DNA of 64,000 nucleotides from Chamaesiphon sp. (GCA_965246715.1 CBDFFH010000029.1:64001-128000), one strand, 5' to 3'. Positions 1-11,242 are shown, counted from the first letter of the stretch. Translations and numbers: made by a program. Notes: generated by a model from the letters alone, not told the origin.

Positions 1-3
1 GTA

Positions 4-1311
4 ATGGTGACGCATCAACGGTATTTCCCGATCTTTAAAGACGAGCGAAAACAGGAACTTTTACCGCACTTTATTACGATTTCCAATGGCGATCCGGCTA
101 AGTCAGCAATTATCGCTGAGGGCAATGGGCGGGTAGTCAGAGCGAGATTAGCCGACGGACAGTATTTTTATAATGCCGATTTGGTCAAACCACTTGCCGA
201 ATACTTACCACGATTGGAAATGGTGACCTTTCAAGCCGACTTAGGTTCGGTAAAATTGAAAGTCGATCGGATTATCCAAAATGCCGAGGCGATCGCGAGT
301 CAATTATCGCTCGATCCGACAGCAAAACAATATATCGATCGAGCTGCCCGATTATGCAAAGCCGATCTAGTCACGCAGATGGTGGGTGAATTCCCCGAAT
401 TGCAAGGAATCATGGGTACCAAATATGCGATTGCTAATGGCGAAGCACCGGAAGTAGCAACAGCAATTTTCGAGCATTATTTACCCCGCAATGCTGAAGA
501 TAGTTTACCCAAAACTTTGACCGGACAAGTAGTTGGGATCGCAGATCGGTTAGATACTTTAGTTTGTATCTTTGGTTTGCGAATGCTCCCGACAGGTTCC
601 TCCGATCCGTTTGCCCTGCGCCGGGCGGCAAATGCGATTATTAATATCGCGTGGAGTGCTAATTTAGCGATCGATCTGAATTTATTACTCGATCGCGTCG
701 TGACTGATTTCAGCCACGTCCGTCCACAGATCGATATCGCCGAACTCACCCAACAGTTGCAGGATTTCTTCAGCCAACGGCTGCGAAATTTACTCCAAGA
801 AGATCTGCATATCGATTACGATCTCGTCAATGCTGTTCTGGGCGAGAACGATCGCGAATATACCCAACGAGCCTTAACCGATTTACTCGACACCCGCGCC
901 CGCGCTGTGTTTCTCCAACAGATTCGGGATAATGGCACCTTAGAACGAATCTATCCTACTGTCAATCGATCGAGTAAATTAGCCGTGCAGGGGACTTTAG
1001 ACACTCAACAATTAGCACCAACGGAAGTAGTTCAGACCAGTCTATTCCAGAAATCCTCAGAACAAGCAGTCTACGACGGGTTAATCGCCCTAGAACCCCA
1101 GACAAAAGCCGCACGGGTTTCTCGAAACTATCAGCAGCTCATGGACGCGCTAGGTCAGCTTACCCCCGCGATCGAGCGGTTCTTTGATGGTGAGGATAGT
1201 GTCCTAATTATGGATTCCAATCCCGAAATTAAAGCCAATCGATTGAATCTCTTGGGACTCGTCCGCAATCATGCTAGAGTTTTAGCTGATTTTGGCGCAA
1301 TTGTTAAGTAA
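4..1311 (+). CDS. glyS: Glycyl-tRNA synthetase beta subunit, C-terminal part (5' end outside window)
   Basis: [36 protein letters not shown] and NRLNLL motifs typical of GlyS. Confidence 0.95.
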   Translation: MVTHQRYFPIFKDERKQELLPHFITISNGDPAKSAIIAEGNGRVVRARLADGQYFYNADLVKPLAEYLPRLEMVTFQADLGSVKLKVDRIIQNAEAIASQLSLDPTAKQYIDRAARLCKADLVTQMVGEFPELQGIMGTKYAIANGEAPEVATAIFEHYLPRNAEDSLPKTLTGQVVGIADRLDTLVCIFGLRMLPTGSSDPFALRRAANAIINIAWSANLAIDLNLLLDRVVTDFSHVRPQIDIAELTQQLQDFFSQRLRNLLQEDLHIDYDLVNAVLGENDREYTQRALTDLLDTRARAVFLQQIRDNGTLERIYPTVNRSSKLAVQGTLDTQQLAPTEVVQTSLFQKSSEQAVYDGLIALEPQTKAARVSRNYQQLMDALGQLTPAIERFFDGEDSVLIMDSNPEIKANRLNLLGLVRNHARVLADFGAIVK

Positions 1312-1483
1312 CGTGAGTTCGGGTTAAGAAGAGCCTAGAGACTGGAAGTCTCGACTTGTGATGCAAAGTTCGCCTTCGCGGACTAATATCCTAGTCCGCC
1401 TTCGCGGACTTTGCAGTGCTAGCCCCGATTTCAATCGGTGGCGGGACTCAATCGAAGCAAATATCCTTAACCCGATCTCACGT
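1311..1483. mobile_element. IS982-like MITE, subtype 1 (copy A)
   Basis: TIRs ACGTGAGTTCGGGTTAAG / CTTAACCCGATCTCACGT; almost identical to 40609-40781. Confidence 0.85.
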
Positions 1484-1492
1484 TAAAATAAT

Positions 1493-2470
1493 ATGAAATC
1501 TAATATTTATCGATCGCCTACTCGGACGAAACTCTTATCCTTGCTGCTCGTATTTGGGTTACTAACTAGTTGCGATCGACCTGCCAAAAATTCGCGCGAA
1601 AATCTAGCAGCCAATAACGGTAAGCCGAAAGTGGTCGTAACTACTAGCGTATTGTGCGATCTTACCAGGCAGATTGCGGCTGAGACGATCGATCTAGTCT
1701 GTCTACTACCACCCGGTAGCGATCCGCACATCTATCAACTTACCCCAGCCGCCAGACAAGCGATCGAAGATGCCAAACTGATCTTCTACAGTGGCTATGG
1801 GTTCGAGCCAGAACTCATCAAAGCGATCTCAGCGACATCCAATCCCGCGCCAAAAGTAGCCGTCGCTGAAATCGCGGTACCCCAACCACAGCAATTTACC
1901 GAAGATGGCAAAAGTAGTAGCGATCCTCACGTTTGGCACAATGCCAAGAATGGATCTAAAATCGTCGAAATAATTGCTAATAATCTCGTAAAAACGGTAC
2001 CCAATAACTCGGATATTTACAAGCAAAATACGCAAAAATTGACCTCAGAAATCGCACAGATCGATCGCTGGATTAAAACTGAGATCGATACGATTCCACT
2101 TACAAATAAAGTCTTATTCACGACTCACGATGCATTAGGATATTACTCAAAAGCCTACGGTATTCCCGTTGCCGCGCTAGAAGGATTGAGTACTGACGAA
2201 CGACCGAATGCCGCTCGACTGCGCGAACTAATCGAGAAAATTCGGAAGACTCCAGTACCGACGATTTTTGTAGAAGCGACTGTCAACCCCCAATCGATCG
2301 AAACGATCGCCAAAGAAACCAAAGTAAATATCTCCCTGCAGAAAATCTATGCCGATGGCTTAGGTGAAGTAAATAGTGCTGGTGGCACTTATCAGAAAAT
2401 GTTGATTTCTAATACCAAGACGATCGTTGAAGGTTTAGGTGGTAAATATACACCCTTTGCCACTAATTAG
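1493..2470 (+). CDS. Mn/Zn ABC transporter substrate-binding lipoprotein (MntC/ZnuA family)
   Basis: Lipobox LTSC; DPHIY, DPHVW and TTHDA metal-binding motifs. Confidence 0.9.
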   Translation: MKSNIYRSPTRTKLLSLLLVFGLLTSCDRPAKNSRENLAANNGKPKVVVTTSVLCDLTRQIAAETIDLVCLLPPGSDPHIYQLTPAARQAIEDAKLIFYSGYGFEPELIKAISATSNPAPKVAVAEIAVPQPQQFTEDGKSSSDPHVWHNAKNGSKIVEIIANNLVKTVPNNSDIYKQNTQKLTSEIAQIDRWIKTEIDTIPLTNKVLFTTHDALGYYSKAYGIPVAALEGLSTDERPNAARLRELIEKIRKTPVPTIFVEATVNPQSIETIAKETKVNISLQKIYADGLGEVNSAGGTYQKMLISNTKTIVEGLGGKYTPFATN

Positions 2471-2545
2471 TTGCGAAGGCATTACTGGCGCGATCGGGAT
2501 AAGATAAATTAACGCTTCTAATCTATATTCAGTAACAAATAACGC

Positions 2546-3601
2546 TTGAATAATCGTCCTTATACGGTAGTTTTAATTATTCCGACTGGGATCGGAGCCT
2601 CAATGGGCGGTTTTGCTGGAGATGGATTACCCATTGCCAAAGCGATCGCGGCTAGTTGCGATCGGTTGATAACCCATCCGAATGTGATGAATGGAGCGCA
2701 ATTGTATTGGAGTATGCCGAATACGCTCTACGTTGAGGGTTATGGATTGGATCGGTTTGCTGCGGGTACGTGGGGATTGCAGCCAGTACGAAAAAATCGG
2801 GTGGGGATTATCTTCGATCGATCCGTGCCTGACGATCTGCGCGTCCGCCACCTTCAAGCCGCAGATGCTGCTAGAGCGACGCTAGGATTGGATTTAACCG
2901 ATTATGTCGTGACAGACCTCCCTTTGGGTGTCGAGCTGCAAACAGCGGCTTCTGGAGCCTCCTGGGGCACGATCCAACAGCCAGACAGTCTCCTCAGAGC
3001 GGCAGATAAACTAATTACCGCAGCAAAAGCCGACGCGATCGCTGTTGTTGCCAGATTTCCCGACGATCCGGGGGCAGAAATCCTCCACGATTACCGTCAT
3101 GGCATCGGTGTCGATCCGTTAGCTGGTGCGGAAGCCGTTATCAGCCACCTGATCGTGCGGACGTTTCAGGTGCCCTGTGCCCACGCGCCAGCGCTATCGC
3201 CACTCCCGATCGATCCGGACATTTCACCGCGATCGGCAGCTGAGGAATTAGGCTATACTTTCTTGCCCTGCGTTTTAGTCGGATTGAGCCGCGCGCCGCA
3301 ATTTATTACTACCGATCGAGCAGCGGGTGGAGTCTGGGCTGATGAAGTAGATGCCGTCATCATCCCCGCATCTGCTTGTGGCGGCAGTGGCGTAATTAGT
3401 TTCGCTGGCACAAAGACTAAAATTATTACAGTTGCCGAAAATATGACGCGGATGGCAGTCCCACCGACAGCACTCGGCATTGAGTCAATTGCGGTAAACT
3501 CGTATTTAGAAGCGATCGGGGTAATTGCAGTCGATCGTGCTGGTATGAGTCTAGATAGTTTTTATCCTCGAATCGATCGACTAAAAGAGTACGGATCCTA
3601 A
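2546..3601 (+). CDS. DUF3326 family protein
   Basis: IPTGIGAxxGGFAGD, ITHPNVMNGA, GVDPLAGAEAVISHL conserved motifs. Confidence 0.85.
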   Translation: MNNRPYTVVLIIPTGIGASMGGFAGDGLPIAKAIAASCDRLITHPNVMNGAQLYWSMPNTLYVEGYGLDRFAAGTWGLQPVRKNRVGIIFDRSVPDDLRVRHLQAADAARATLGLDLTDYVVTDLPLGVELQTAASGASWGTIQQPDSLLRAADKLITAAKADAIAVVARFPDDPGAEILHDYRHGIGVDPLAGAEAVISHLIVRTFQVPCAHAPALSPLPIDPDISPRSAAEELGYTFLPCVLVGLSRAPQFITTDRAAGGVWADEVDAVIIPASACGGSGVISFAGTKTKIITVAENMTRMAVPPTALGIESIAVNSYLEAIGVIAVDRAGMSLDSFYPRIDRLKEYGS

Positions 3602-3662
3602 ACCCAACATCGCCAAACCTCAGCGCTAGTAAGGTGAGGTAGGTTCCAGCTCTAGATCTAGC

Positions 3663-3690
3663 CACTATTCACTATTCACTATTCACTGTT
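3663..3690. repeat. Heptamer short tandem repeat (STRR-like) CACTATT x4
   Basis: cactatt cactatt cactatt cactgtt. Confidence 0.7.
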
Positions 3691-3695
3691 CCCCG

Positions 3696-4277
3696 ATGAA
3701 CTCCCAAAACCCGGACATCGAACCTTTATCGCGCACCCAGATTTTAATTGCGATGGCGGTAACAGCAGTAGTGTTATTTGGGTTGGCAAAACTGTGGCTG
3801 TATTTAGGCGATCTTCAGTTGCGTCCGCTCGACTTTTCGATCGTCAATCTGGGGATTGGAATCTTGCTGGGGTTGGGACTGACGGGTTTGAGTGAGATTA
3901 TCTATGCGCTCTGGGGGACTTATCGCCAGAGTGCAGATTTTTACCTGACGATGGTATTGACACCCTTGGCGGTACCCGATGTGATTTGGCTGGGAATTTT
4001 ACCTGGATTGAGTGAAGAGTTATTATTTCGCGGGGTGATGTTACCAGCGATCGGGTTAGATCCGATCGGCATCGTATTATCATCCCTCTGTTTTGGGGTA
4101 TTACATATGACCGATCTGCGGCAATGGCCGTATGCAGTTTGGGCGACAGCGATCGGGATGTTGTTGGGATATACAATGGTCGAAACGGGTAATCTCCTAA
4201 TTCCAATCGTCGCTCACATCACGACTAATCTGGTGTCGGGATTATCATGGAAATTGACACCGAAAAATGTGGGATAG
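3696..4277 (+). CDS. CPBP/Abi family intramembrane protease
   Basis: EELLFRG, FGVLH and AHITTN motifs; hydrophobic. Confidence 0.88.
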   Translation: MNSQNPDIEPLSRTQILIAMAVTAVVLFGLAKLWLYLGDLQLRPLDFSIVNLGIGILLGLGLTGLSEIIYALWGTYRQSADFYLTMVLTPLAVPDVIWLGILPGLSEELLFRGVMLPAIGLDPIGIVLSSLCFGVLHMTDLRQWPYAVWATAIGMLLGYTMVETGNLLIPIVAHITTNLVSGLSWKLTPKNVG

Positions 4278-4307
4278 ATAAGGGCTGGCGGTTGAAACCG
4301 TGCTTAA

Positions 4308-5099
4308 CTAATGTCCCCCAACGCCTAAATAAGTCTCGATTACCTTGGGATCTTTGAGTAACTCGCTACCAATCCCCTCATGCTTGACAATTCCGGTGTC
4401 TAAAACGTAACCTCGATCGGACATTGCCAGTGCCTTCTTCGCATTTTGTTCGACAAGGACGATTGCCGTACCAGTTTGCACGATTGCCTTGACTTGTTTG
4501 AGTACGTCGGTGACTAAAGCGGGTGAAAGCGCCGCCGATGGCTCGTCAAGGACTAGTAATTCGGGATCGAGCATCAGGGCTTTACCCATCGCTAACATTT
4601 GCCGTTCGCCGCCAGAGAGCGTTCCCGCGCGTTGTTTGCGACGTTCCGCCAAGCGGGGAAACATGGTGTAAATCTTATCTTTGAGTTGCTTGAGATCTGT
4701 GGTGCAGATAAATCCACCCATCTCTAGATTTTCCTCGATCGTCAGCGATCGAAAGACATTCGCAATCTGGGGAACATAACACATCCCTTTCTGGACGATC
4801 CGATCGGATTTCAGCCCCCCAATCTCTTCGCCTTTGAACGTAATCGTCCCAGTATGCGGTGTCAGCAGTCCGAAAATCGTCTTCGCCAGCGTCGATTTGC
4901 CTGCACCATTCCCCCCGATCACCGCGACTAATTCCCCTGGTTGCACGACAAAATCAATGCCATTGAGAATATCCGAGCCAGGATTATAGCCAGCACGGAC
5001 ATCTTTGACTACTAACAGTGGGGGTGAGCTAGGCATTGATGGAGTTAGATGGGAGAGGTGTAAAAGTTGGCTGGATGGCGTTTCGATCGCATCTTCCAT
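4308..5099 (-). CDS. Branched-chain/neutral amino acid ABC transporter ATP-binding protein (LivF/NatE-like); true start may be near 5036
   Basis: GGNGAGKST, LSGGERQMLAMG, LDEPS, LVEQNA. Confidence 0.88.
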   Translation of the reverse strand: MEDAIETPSSQLLHLSHLTPSMPSSPPLLVVKDVRAGYNPGSDILNGIDFVVQPGELVAVIGGNGAGKSTLAKTIFGLLTPHTGTITFKGEEIGGLKSDRIVQKGMCYVPQIANVFRSLTIEENLEMGGFICTTDLKQLKDKIYTMFPRLAERRKQRAGTLSGGERQMLAMGKALMLDPELLVLDEPSAALSPALVTDVLKQVKAIVQTGTAIVLVEQNAKKALAMSDRGYVLDTGIVKHEGIGSELLKDPKVIETYLGVGGH

Positions 5100-5234
5100 A
5101 ACGATATCTTGCCGAGGAGTCGGCCAGAGTAGATTGTGGGATAGCTAAATAATAAGGTAAATTACCTCGTATCTCACCACATTCAATACTTGGATCTTGC
5201 TCCATGTAAATAGGGACTAGTACTAGCACCGATT

Positions 5235-5357
5235 TAGGGTACCCACAAGCGACGCGCGCTCCTCGGGTTTCCCGAGGGTTTCCCGAGGGTTTAGCGCGTC
5301 AAGACAGGGGCACCCCTACAGGTTTAATTGTGTAGGGGTGCCCCTTGTGGGTACCCT
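5235..5357. repeat. REP-like inverted doublet (TAGGGGTGCCCCTTGTGGGTACCCT); left arm interrupted by a 58 bp hairpin insert at 5249-5306
   Basis: agggtacccacaa[insert]ggggcacccctaca is the reverse complement of the intact arm tgtaggggtgccccttgtgggtaccct. Confidence 0.75.
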
Positions 5358-5445
5358 TGGGTTGTAGCAGTAACTTGCCCACCCGATAGCGAAGTCAAGA
5401 GTATTTCCCTCCAAGGAGGGGTGATAAGGGTTGAGACGATCGTGT

Positions 5446-7140
5446 CTACTTTTTCTTACCCCCAGCTTTGGCTGCTTTAGCAGCTTTTTTAGCAGCTTGT
5501 TCGGCTGCAAATGACTGCTGTTTCTCCTGCTCGCGTTCTTCTTCCAACTTATCCAGGTAGTAGTGATAATCGCCTAAATATACCCGAAACTCACCATCGC
5601 GAACTTCGACGATTTTATTGGCAACTTGAGAGATAAAGTAGCGATCGTGTGAAACGATTAATGCAGTGCCATCGTAGTTGACCAAAGCATCTTCGAGCAT
5701 TTCCTTGGCTGGAATGTCTAAGTGGTTTGTTGGCTCGTCGAGGATGAGCAAGTTGGCGGGAATTAGCAGCATTTTCGCGAGTGCGAGCCGCGCTTTTTCA
5801 CCACCACTAAGCGATTCAACTTTTTTAAAAACCGTATCGCCACTAAACAAGAAGCGACCTAATAAAGTACGAACTTCTTCATTTTTCCAGTCGGGTACTT
5901 CATCATGGATCGTTTCCATGACAGTGCGATCGAGATCCAATGCTTCGGCTTGATTTTGCTCGAAATAGCTGGGGATCACATTATGTTCGCCGAGCTTGAC
6001 GGTACCGCCAGTTTGTTTTTCCATCCCGACGATGATTTTCAAGAGGGTGGATTTACCACAACCATTCGGCCCTAAAAAGGCAATCCGATCGCCACTTTCG
6101 ATAAATAAGTCAGTGCCTAAGAATAAAATTTTATCATCGTAGACATGCTCTAAATTCTCGATCGTCACTACTTCGCGACCGCTCCGAGGTGCTGGTGGAA
6201 ACCGGAAATTGAGCGTTTTCATGCTCGACTCTGGAGCTACGATCCGCTCGACTTTATCGAGTAGTTTCTCGCGGCTTTTCGCTTGGGTACTCCGCGTTGC
6301 ACTAGCACGGAATTTTTCGACGAAGGCTTGTTGTTTTTCGAGTTCTTTTTGCTGACGCTCGAAGGCACTCAATTGTGCTGATTGGCTTTCGGCTTTTTGA
6401 GCGAGGTAGGTTGAATAATTACCGAGGTAAGTCGAGGAGACACCGCGTTCGGTTTCGACGATCGAAGTACACAACCGATCGAGAAACTCGCGATCGTGTG
6501 AAATAATTACCATCGGCGTTTCGAGATTTTTGAGATAGTTTTCCAACCACTCGATCGTCTCTAAGTCTAGGTGGTTAGTCGGCTCATCCAGCAGCAGCAG
6601 ATCGGGGAATTGGAGGAGGATCTTGCCCAAACTCATCCGCATTTGCCAACCACCACTAAAAGCACTGACTAATCGATCGGCATCATCCAATTCAAATCCG
6701 ACTTCTGGTAAAATCTTATCGATTTCGGCTTCTAAGGCATAGCCATTCAAGGCTTCATATAGGCGTTGGTACTTATCCATCTTATCGAGCAGTTTATCGA
6801 GCGCGTCACCACTAGCTGTCTCTAGCTGATGGTGGATCTTGCTCAGCTCCGAATGAACGCGATTGGCTTCACCAAAGGCTTGCCACAATTCTTCCTTAAC
6901 GGTTCGCGTCGGGTCGACATCAAATTCTTGATTGAGATAGGCGATATTCAGACTATTTGGACGCACGATCTCGCCGCTGGTGGGTTCGATCTGCCCAGCG
7001 ATAATCTTCATCTGGGTCGATTTGCCCGCACCATTCACCCCCACAAGTCCGATTCGATCTCCTGGCTTTACTTCCCAATTAATGTCCTTGAGGACTTCGC
7101 CTGTGGGATAAATCTTGCAGATATGTTCCAGTCGCAGCAT
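5446..7140 (-). CDS. ABC-F family ATPase
   Basis: Two ABC cassettes (GVNGAGKST / FSGGWQMR / DEPTNHLD twice), no transmembrane segments. Confidence 0.92.
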   Translation of the reverse strand: MLRLEHICKIYPTGEVLKDINWEVKPGDRIGLVGVNGAGKSTQMKIIAGQIEPTSGEIVRPNSLNIAYLNQEFDVDPTRTVKEELWQAFGEANRVHSELSKIHHQLETASGDALDKLLDKMDKYQRLYEALNGYALEAEIDKILPEVGFELDDADRLVSAFSGGWQMRMSLGKILLQFPDLLLLDEPTNHLDLETIEWLENYLKNLETPMVIISHDREFLDRLCTSIVETERGVSSTYLGNYSTYLAQKAESQSAQLSAFERQQKELEKQQAFVEKFRASATRSTQAKSREKLLDKVERIVAPESSMKTLNFRFPPAPRSGREVVTIENLEHVYDDKILFLGTDLFIESGDRIAFLGPNGCGKSTLLKIIVGMEKQTGGTVKLGEHNVIPSYFEQNQAEALDLDRTVMETIHDEVPDWKNEEVRTLLGRFLFSGDTVFKKVESLSGGEKARLALAKMLLIPANLLILDEPTNHLDIPAKEMLEDALVNYDGTALIVSHDRYFISQVANKIVEVRDGEFRVYLGDYHYYLDKLEEEREQEKQQSFAAEQAAKKAAKAAKAGGKKK

Positions 7141-7400
7141 GAAATTAATTCTCTCCAGGAGTTAGTGGCGGGATGGCGGGTCTCCCTTACCTATTTTAAC
7201 AAAACTTTACCACTCGATACCATTTCTGTCCGATCGCGTTGGTATGGGTGCCAACTCCTGTCACTGAGCGAATATTGTCTTGATGCTGACGATCGAACGA
7301 TCTGCTGCGATATTTTCGATCGCAATTGCGGCTAGAGCGGCTAGCTAGAATCAACTTTAGCGCAGGACAACACCTCACCGAAAATTTATTTGTCACGATA

Positions 7401-7441
7401 CTTAATCGATCGTTAAACTAGGATTAAATAAACGTTAATTT
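7401..7441 (+). promoter_or_regulatory. Pho box array (SphR/PhoB sites) upstream of the first pstS
   Basis: Four NTTAANNN units at 11 bp period: cttaatcg, gttaaact, attaaata, gttaattt. Confidence 0.7.
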
Positions 7442-7579
7442 CCCAAAGATCGGCGATCGGGTTGTGGTTGCGCTAGGATTTTAGGTAAGGTCGAATCTTT
7501 CAAATATCTGCTGAAATACTACCTCAAGTATTAGATGTTTCGATCGCAATTTTCTTCAACAATTTAATATCTACAACTT

Positions 7580-8686
7580 ATGTTATCTAAAAATTTTGGT
7601 CGGTTGACAACTCTGGCTGCATTAGTCGCCATATCGATTTTACCAGCAGGTTGCGGCAATAAGACTAAAACAAGTAGTGATAGTACTGGTACTAATACGA
7701 GCACAAATACGACTACAACTAATTCACCTGCTGCAAGTGGAGCGAGTATCACCCTCAGCGGCGCTGGTGCAACTTTCCCACAAGCATTGTACGAAAAATA
7801 TTCACAAGAAATTCGCAAAACTCATCCTGAGATCAAGATTAACTATCAAGGGATCGGTAGCGGTGGCGGGATCAAACAAACGATTTCCCGGACGGTCGAT
7901 TTTGGTGCTAGCGATGCGGCGATGACGGATGCCGAAATCGCGAAAGTACCTGGCGGAGTAATTTTGGTGCCGACTGCTGGCGGTGCCGTATCAGCTATTT
8001 ATAATCTCCCTGGTGTTGAAAATCTCAAGCTCTCCAATCCAGTTTTGGCAGGGATCTTCTCTGGCAAAATTACGAAATGGAGCGACCCGCAAATTGCTAA
8101 AGATAATGCAGGTGCTAAACTACCAGATACTGCCATCAAGCAAATAGTTAGGGCCGATAGTAGTGGTACGGCGTTTATTTTTACCAACTATATTAGCAAT
8201 AATAATCCAGACTTTAAATCTACTGTAGGTGCGAGCAAAGAACCTAAATGGCCCGCTACTTTCCTAAAAGGTAAAGGCAATCCGGGCGTAGCTGGCTTGG
8301 TCAAACAAACTCCTGGTTCGATCGGATTTGTGGAGTATGACTTTGCGCTCAAGAATAAATTAGCATCTGCAGCACTCCAAAATAAAGGCGGTGAATTTGT
8401 TGCGCCGACACTTCCAGCCGCCAATCAAGCCCTAGCTGATGTTAAATTTCCCGATAACTTTCGGACGTTCGATATCAATTCTCCCAAAGGTTATCCGATC
8501 GTTGGTTTGACTTGGTTGCTAATCCCTAAACAACAAAAAGATCCAGCTAAAGCTCAAGCCCTAAAAACGATGGTGAAATGGATGCTCACAGATGGTCAGA
8601 AGTTAAATGATGGGTTAAACTTTACTACAATCCCCGCTGCTGTAACCACCCGAGCGATCGCGGCTGTGGAAACTGGCGTGAAGTAG
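7580..8686 (+). CDS. pstS: Phosphate ABC transporter substrate-binding protein (lipoprotein)
   Basis: GAGATFP, YQGIGSGGG, DFGASD, RADSSGT, YPIVGLTW; lipobox PAGC followed by a Thr/Ser linker. Confidence 0.93.
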   Translation: MLSKNFGRLTTLAALVAISILPAGCGNKTKTSSDSTGTNTSTNTTTTNSPAASGASITLSGAGATFPQALYEKYSQEIRKTHPEIKINYQGIGSGGGIKQTISRTVDFGASDAAMTDAEIAKVPGGVILVPTAGGAVSAIYNLPGVENLKLSNPVLAGIFSGKITKWSDPQIAKDNAGAKLPDTAIKQIVRADSSGTAFIFTNYISNNNPDFKSTVGASKEPKWPATFLKGKGNPGVAGLVKQTPGSIGFVEYDFALKNKLASAALQNKGGEFVAPTLPAANQALADVKFPDNFRTFDINSPKGYPIVGLTWLLIPKQQKDPAKAQALKTMVKWMLTDGQKLNDGLNFTTIPAAVTTRAIAAVETGVK

Positions 8687-8876
8687 ATTTCTCATTTTTT
8701 ACCCGGCATGTCGATCGATATTTACCTGAATTAACAAAAGTTAATTATTGGCGATCGGGTGGCGATCGACAGCCGCAAAATGAAGATAACTGTCAGTAGA
8801 AAGTAGACAGGTTAAAGCTTTCTCACTCAAATCTAAGATTGCAAACTGACATTAAAGTAGTTAGAATATTACCGAA

Positions 8877-8917
8877 TTTAACTATTTTTTAAATTAATCT
8901 TAAACTACCGTTAACCC
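8877..8917 (+). promoter_or_regulatory. Pho box array upstream of the second pstS
   Basis: tttaacta, tttaaatt, cttaaact, gttaaccc at 11 bp period. Confidence 0.75.
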
Positions 8918-9046
8918 AACCATGATGAAGACTTCATGAATGGTGCGGTAAGATTCTAAGAGCATCGAAAAAACTTAACAATTTGTTGAAACTTATTGTT
9001 AAAAATGTGGTCTGAGAAAGTGTCTTCTAGAAAAAAATCGACAACT

Positions 9047-10072
9047 ATGTTATTCAGTAATTTCGCTCGTATCGGTACTGTTGCAGCAGTAACAGTTTCC
9101 GTTTTTGGCAGTCAATTGGTAGCAATGGCTGAAACCACCCTCAGCGGTGCGGGCGCAACTTTTCCCCAGCCTTTATATGAGAAATACGCACGGGAAATTC
9201 GCAAATCTATTCCAGATATCAAAATTAACTATCAAGGTATCGGTAGCGGTGGTGGGATCAAACAAACGATCGAGAGAACGGTAGATTTTGGCGCGAGCGA
9301 TGCAGCGATGACCGATGGCGAAATTGGGAAGGTCAAAGGTGGCGTAATCATGGTGCCGACGGCTGGTGGTGCGGTGTCGGTTGCCTACAACTTACCTGGT
9401 GTCAAAAACCTCAAATTGTCCAACGCAGTTCTAGCTGGAATTTTCCAAGGCAAAATCAATAGCTGGAGCGATGCCCAAATTGCTAAAGATAATCCTGGTG
9501 CTAAATTGCCCTCTACTGCGATCAAGCCTGTCGTAAGAGCAGACAGTAGTGGTACTTCGTTCATTTTCACCAACCACATTAGTAGCATCAGCCCAGAGTT
9601 TAAATCTGCTGTCGGACCGAGCAAAGAACCCAGATGGCCTTCTGGCTTCGCCAGAGGTGCCAAAAATGCCGGAGTAGCTGGTTTGATCAAACAAACTCCT
9701 GGCGGGATCGGTTATGTCGAGTATGAGTTCGCCCTCAAAAATGGACTCTCCTCCGCACAAGTCCAAAATGGTAGCGGTAAATATGTCGCGCCATCCTTGA
9801 AAGCTGCTAACCAAGCATTGTCTGATGTTGTATTCCCCGAAAACTTCCGGGTATTCGATGTCAATTCTCCTCAAGGTTATCCGATCGTCGGTTTGACTTG
9901 GTTGTTGATTCCCAAACAACAAAAAAATCCTGAAAAAGCCAAAGCCATCAAAGCGATGGTGAAGTGGATTCTCACTGACGGTCAACAATTCAATTCCAAC
10001 CTCAACTACACTTCGATTCCTACGGCAGTTGCCGAACGCGCGATCGCGGCAGTTGAAGCTGGTGTGAAATAG
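9047..10072 (+). CDS. pstS: Second phosphate-binding protein with Sec/SPI-type signal peptide
   Basis: Same PstS motifs; likely ATG at 9047 and AMA cleavage site (ORF track starts at 8996). Confidence 0.92.
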   Translation: MLFSNFARIGTVAAVTVSVFGSQLVAMAETTLSGAGATFPQPLYEKYAREIRKSIPDIKINYQGIGSGGGIKQTIERTVDFGASDAAMTDGEIGKVKGGVIMVPTAGGAVSVAYNLPGVKNLKLSNAVLAGIFQGKINSWSDAQIAKDNPGAKLPSTAIKPVVRADSSGTSFIFTNHISSISPEFKSAVGPSKEPRWPSGFARGAKNAGVAGLIKQTPGGIGYVEYEFALKNGLSSAQVQNGSGKYVAPSLKAANQALSDVVFPENFRVFDVNSPQGYPIVGLTWLLIPKQQKNPEKAKAIKAMVKWILTDGQQFNSNLNYTSIPTAVAERAIAAVEAGVK

Positions 10073-10257
10073 TCTATTAGACTAAACTGTTAGTAGACTA
10101 AGAGTTAGTGTGGGGAGATTGGTGCAGTAGGTTAAAATCGGGCTAAACCGGGCGGATCGAGTCAGTAGTTGCTCATCCGTCCCCCCCCCCCACTCCTCGA
10201 CATTATCCGCTCCCATGTTAAGGCTGCATCCCCACAAACTCCACAATTTATAAAAGT

Positions 10258-11241
10258 ATGTCCTCTTCTCAAGACCTATTTAGTACGACAGTTACTAAAA
10301 ATCGTCTATCCAAGCAAAATCGACCCTCAAAGACAGATTTAGCCGATCGACTCTTTCGCAGTCTGATGTATATTTCTGGTGGGGTCTCGGTAGCGATCCT
10401 GCTGCTGATGGGTTGGAAGATAACCCAGCTCTCACTCCCAGCCATCCAAAAATTTGGGCTGGGATTTTTGACGACCAAGGAATGGGATCTCCAGTCGCTG
10501 ACATTTGGTGCGTTGCCATTGATATATGGCACGATTGGCAGTAGTGCGATCGCGTTATTAATCGCCATCCCGGTTGGCTTGGCAGTAGCGATCCTGACGA
10601 GTGAAGACTTATTACCACAACGATTGCGAACTATCGTCGCCTTCACGATCGAATTAATTGCGGCGATCCCTAGTGTGATTTTTGGGTTATGGGGATTTTA
10701 TACACTCGTACCGATATTACAACCCCTGCAAAGTTTTCTCCACGCTAAATTTGGCTGGATTCCACTATTTAGCACTGAGCCATCGGGATTTGGTTTATTT
10801 ACTGCTGGAACTTTACTAGCAATCATGATTTTGCCGACCCTAGCTGCGGTCAGTCGCGAAGTATTGCTCGTCGTTCCAGGTTATCTGCGAACTGGTTCGA
10901 TGGCGTTAGGTGGTACTAGATGGGAAACGATTTCTAGAGTAATCCTCCCGACCGCCTTCTCCGGAATTATCGGTGCTGTAATGTTGGCACTCGGTCGCGC
11001 GCTAGGCGAGACAATGGCAGTAACGATGGTCATTGGTAATGCTACAACATTGGGGCCATCGATTTTTGAGCCGGCTTATTCGATTCCGGCAATTTTAGCC
11101 AATACTTTTAATGAAGCACAAGATGACGTGCAGATTGGCTCGCTGGCATATTTAGCATTAATACTATTTTTTCTGACATTAGTAGTAAATATTGGGGCAG
11201 TCGGATTGGTAAGATTTGTAGAGGGCGGAGGCAAAAAATAA
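10258..11241 (+). CDS. pstC: Phosphate ABC transporter permease
   Basis: AAIPSVIFGLWG, LGRALGETMAV; operon context. Confidence 0.93.
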   Translation: MSSSQDLFSTTVTKNRLSKQNRPSKTDLADRLFRSLMYISGGVSVAILLLMGWKITQLSLPAIQKFGLGFLTTKEWDLQSLTFGALPLIYGTIGSSAIALLIAIPVGLAVAILTSEDLLPQRLRTIVAFTIELIAAIPSVIFGLWGFYTLVPILQPLQSFLHAKFGWIPLFSTEPSGFGLFTAGTLLAIMILPTLAAVSREVLLVVPGYLRTGSMALGGTRWETISRVILPTAFSGIIGAVMLALGRALGETMAVTMVIGNATTLGPSIFEPAYSIPAILANTFNEAQDDVQIGSLAYLALILFFLTLVVNIGAVGLVRFVEGGGKK

Positions 11242-11242
11242 G

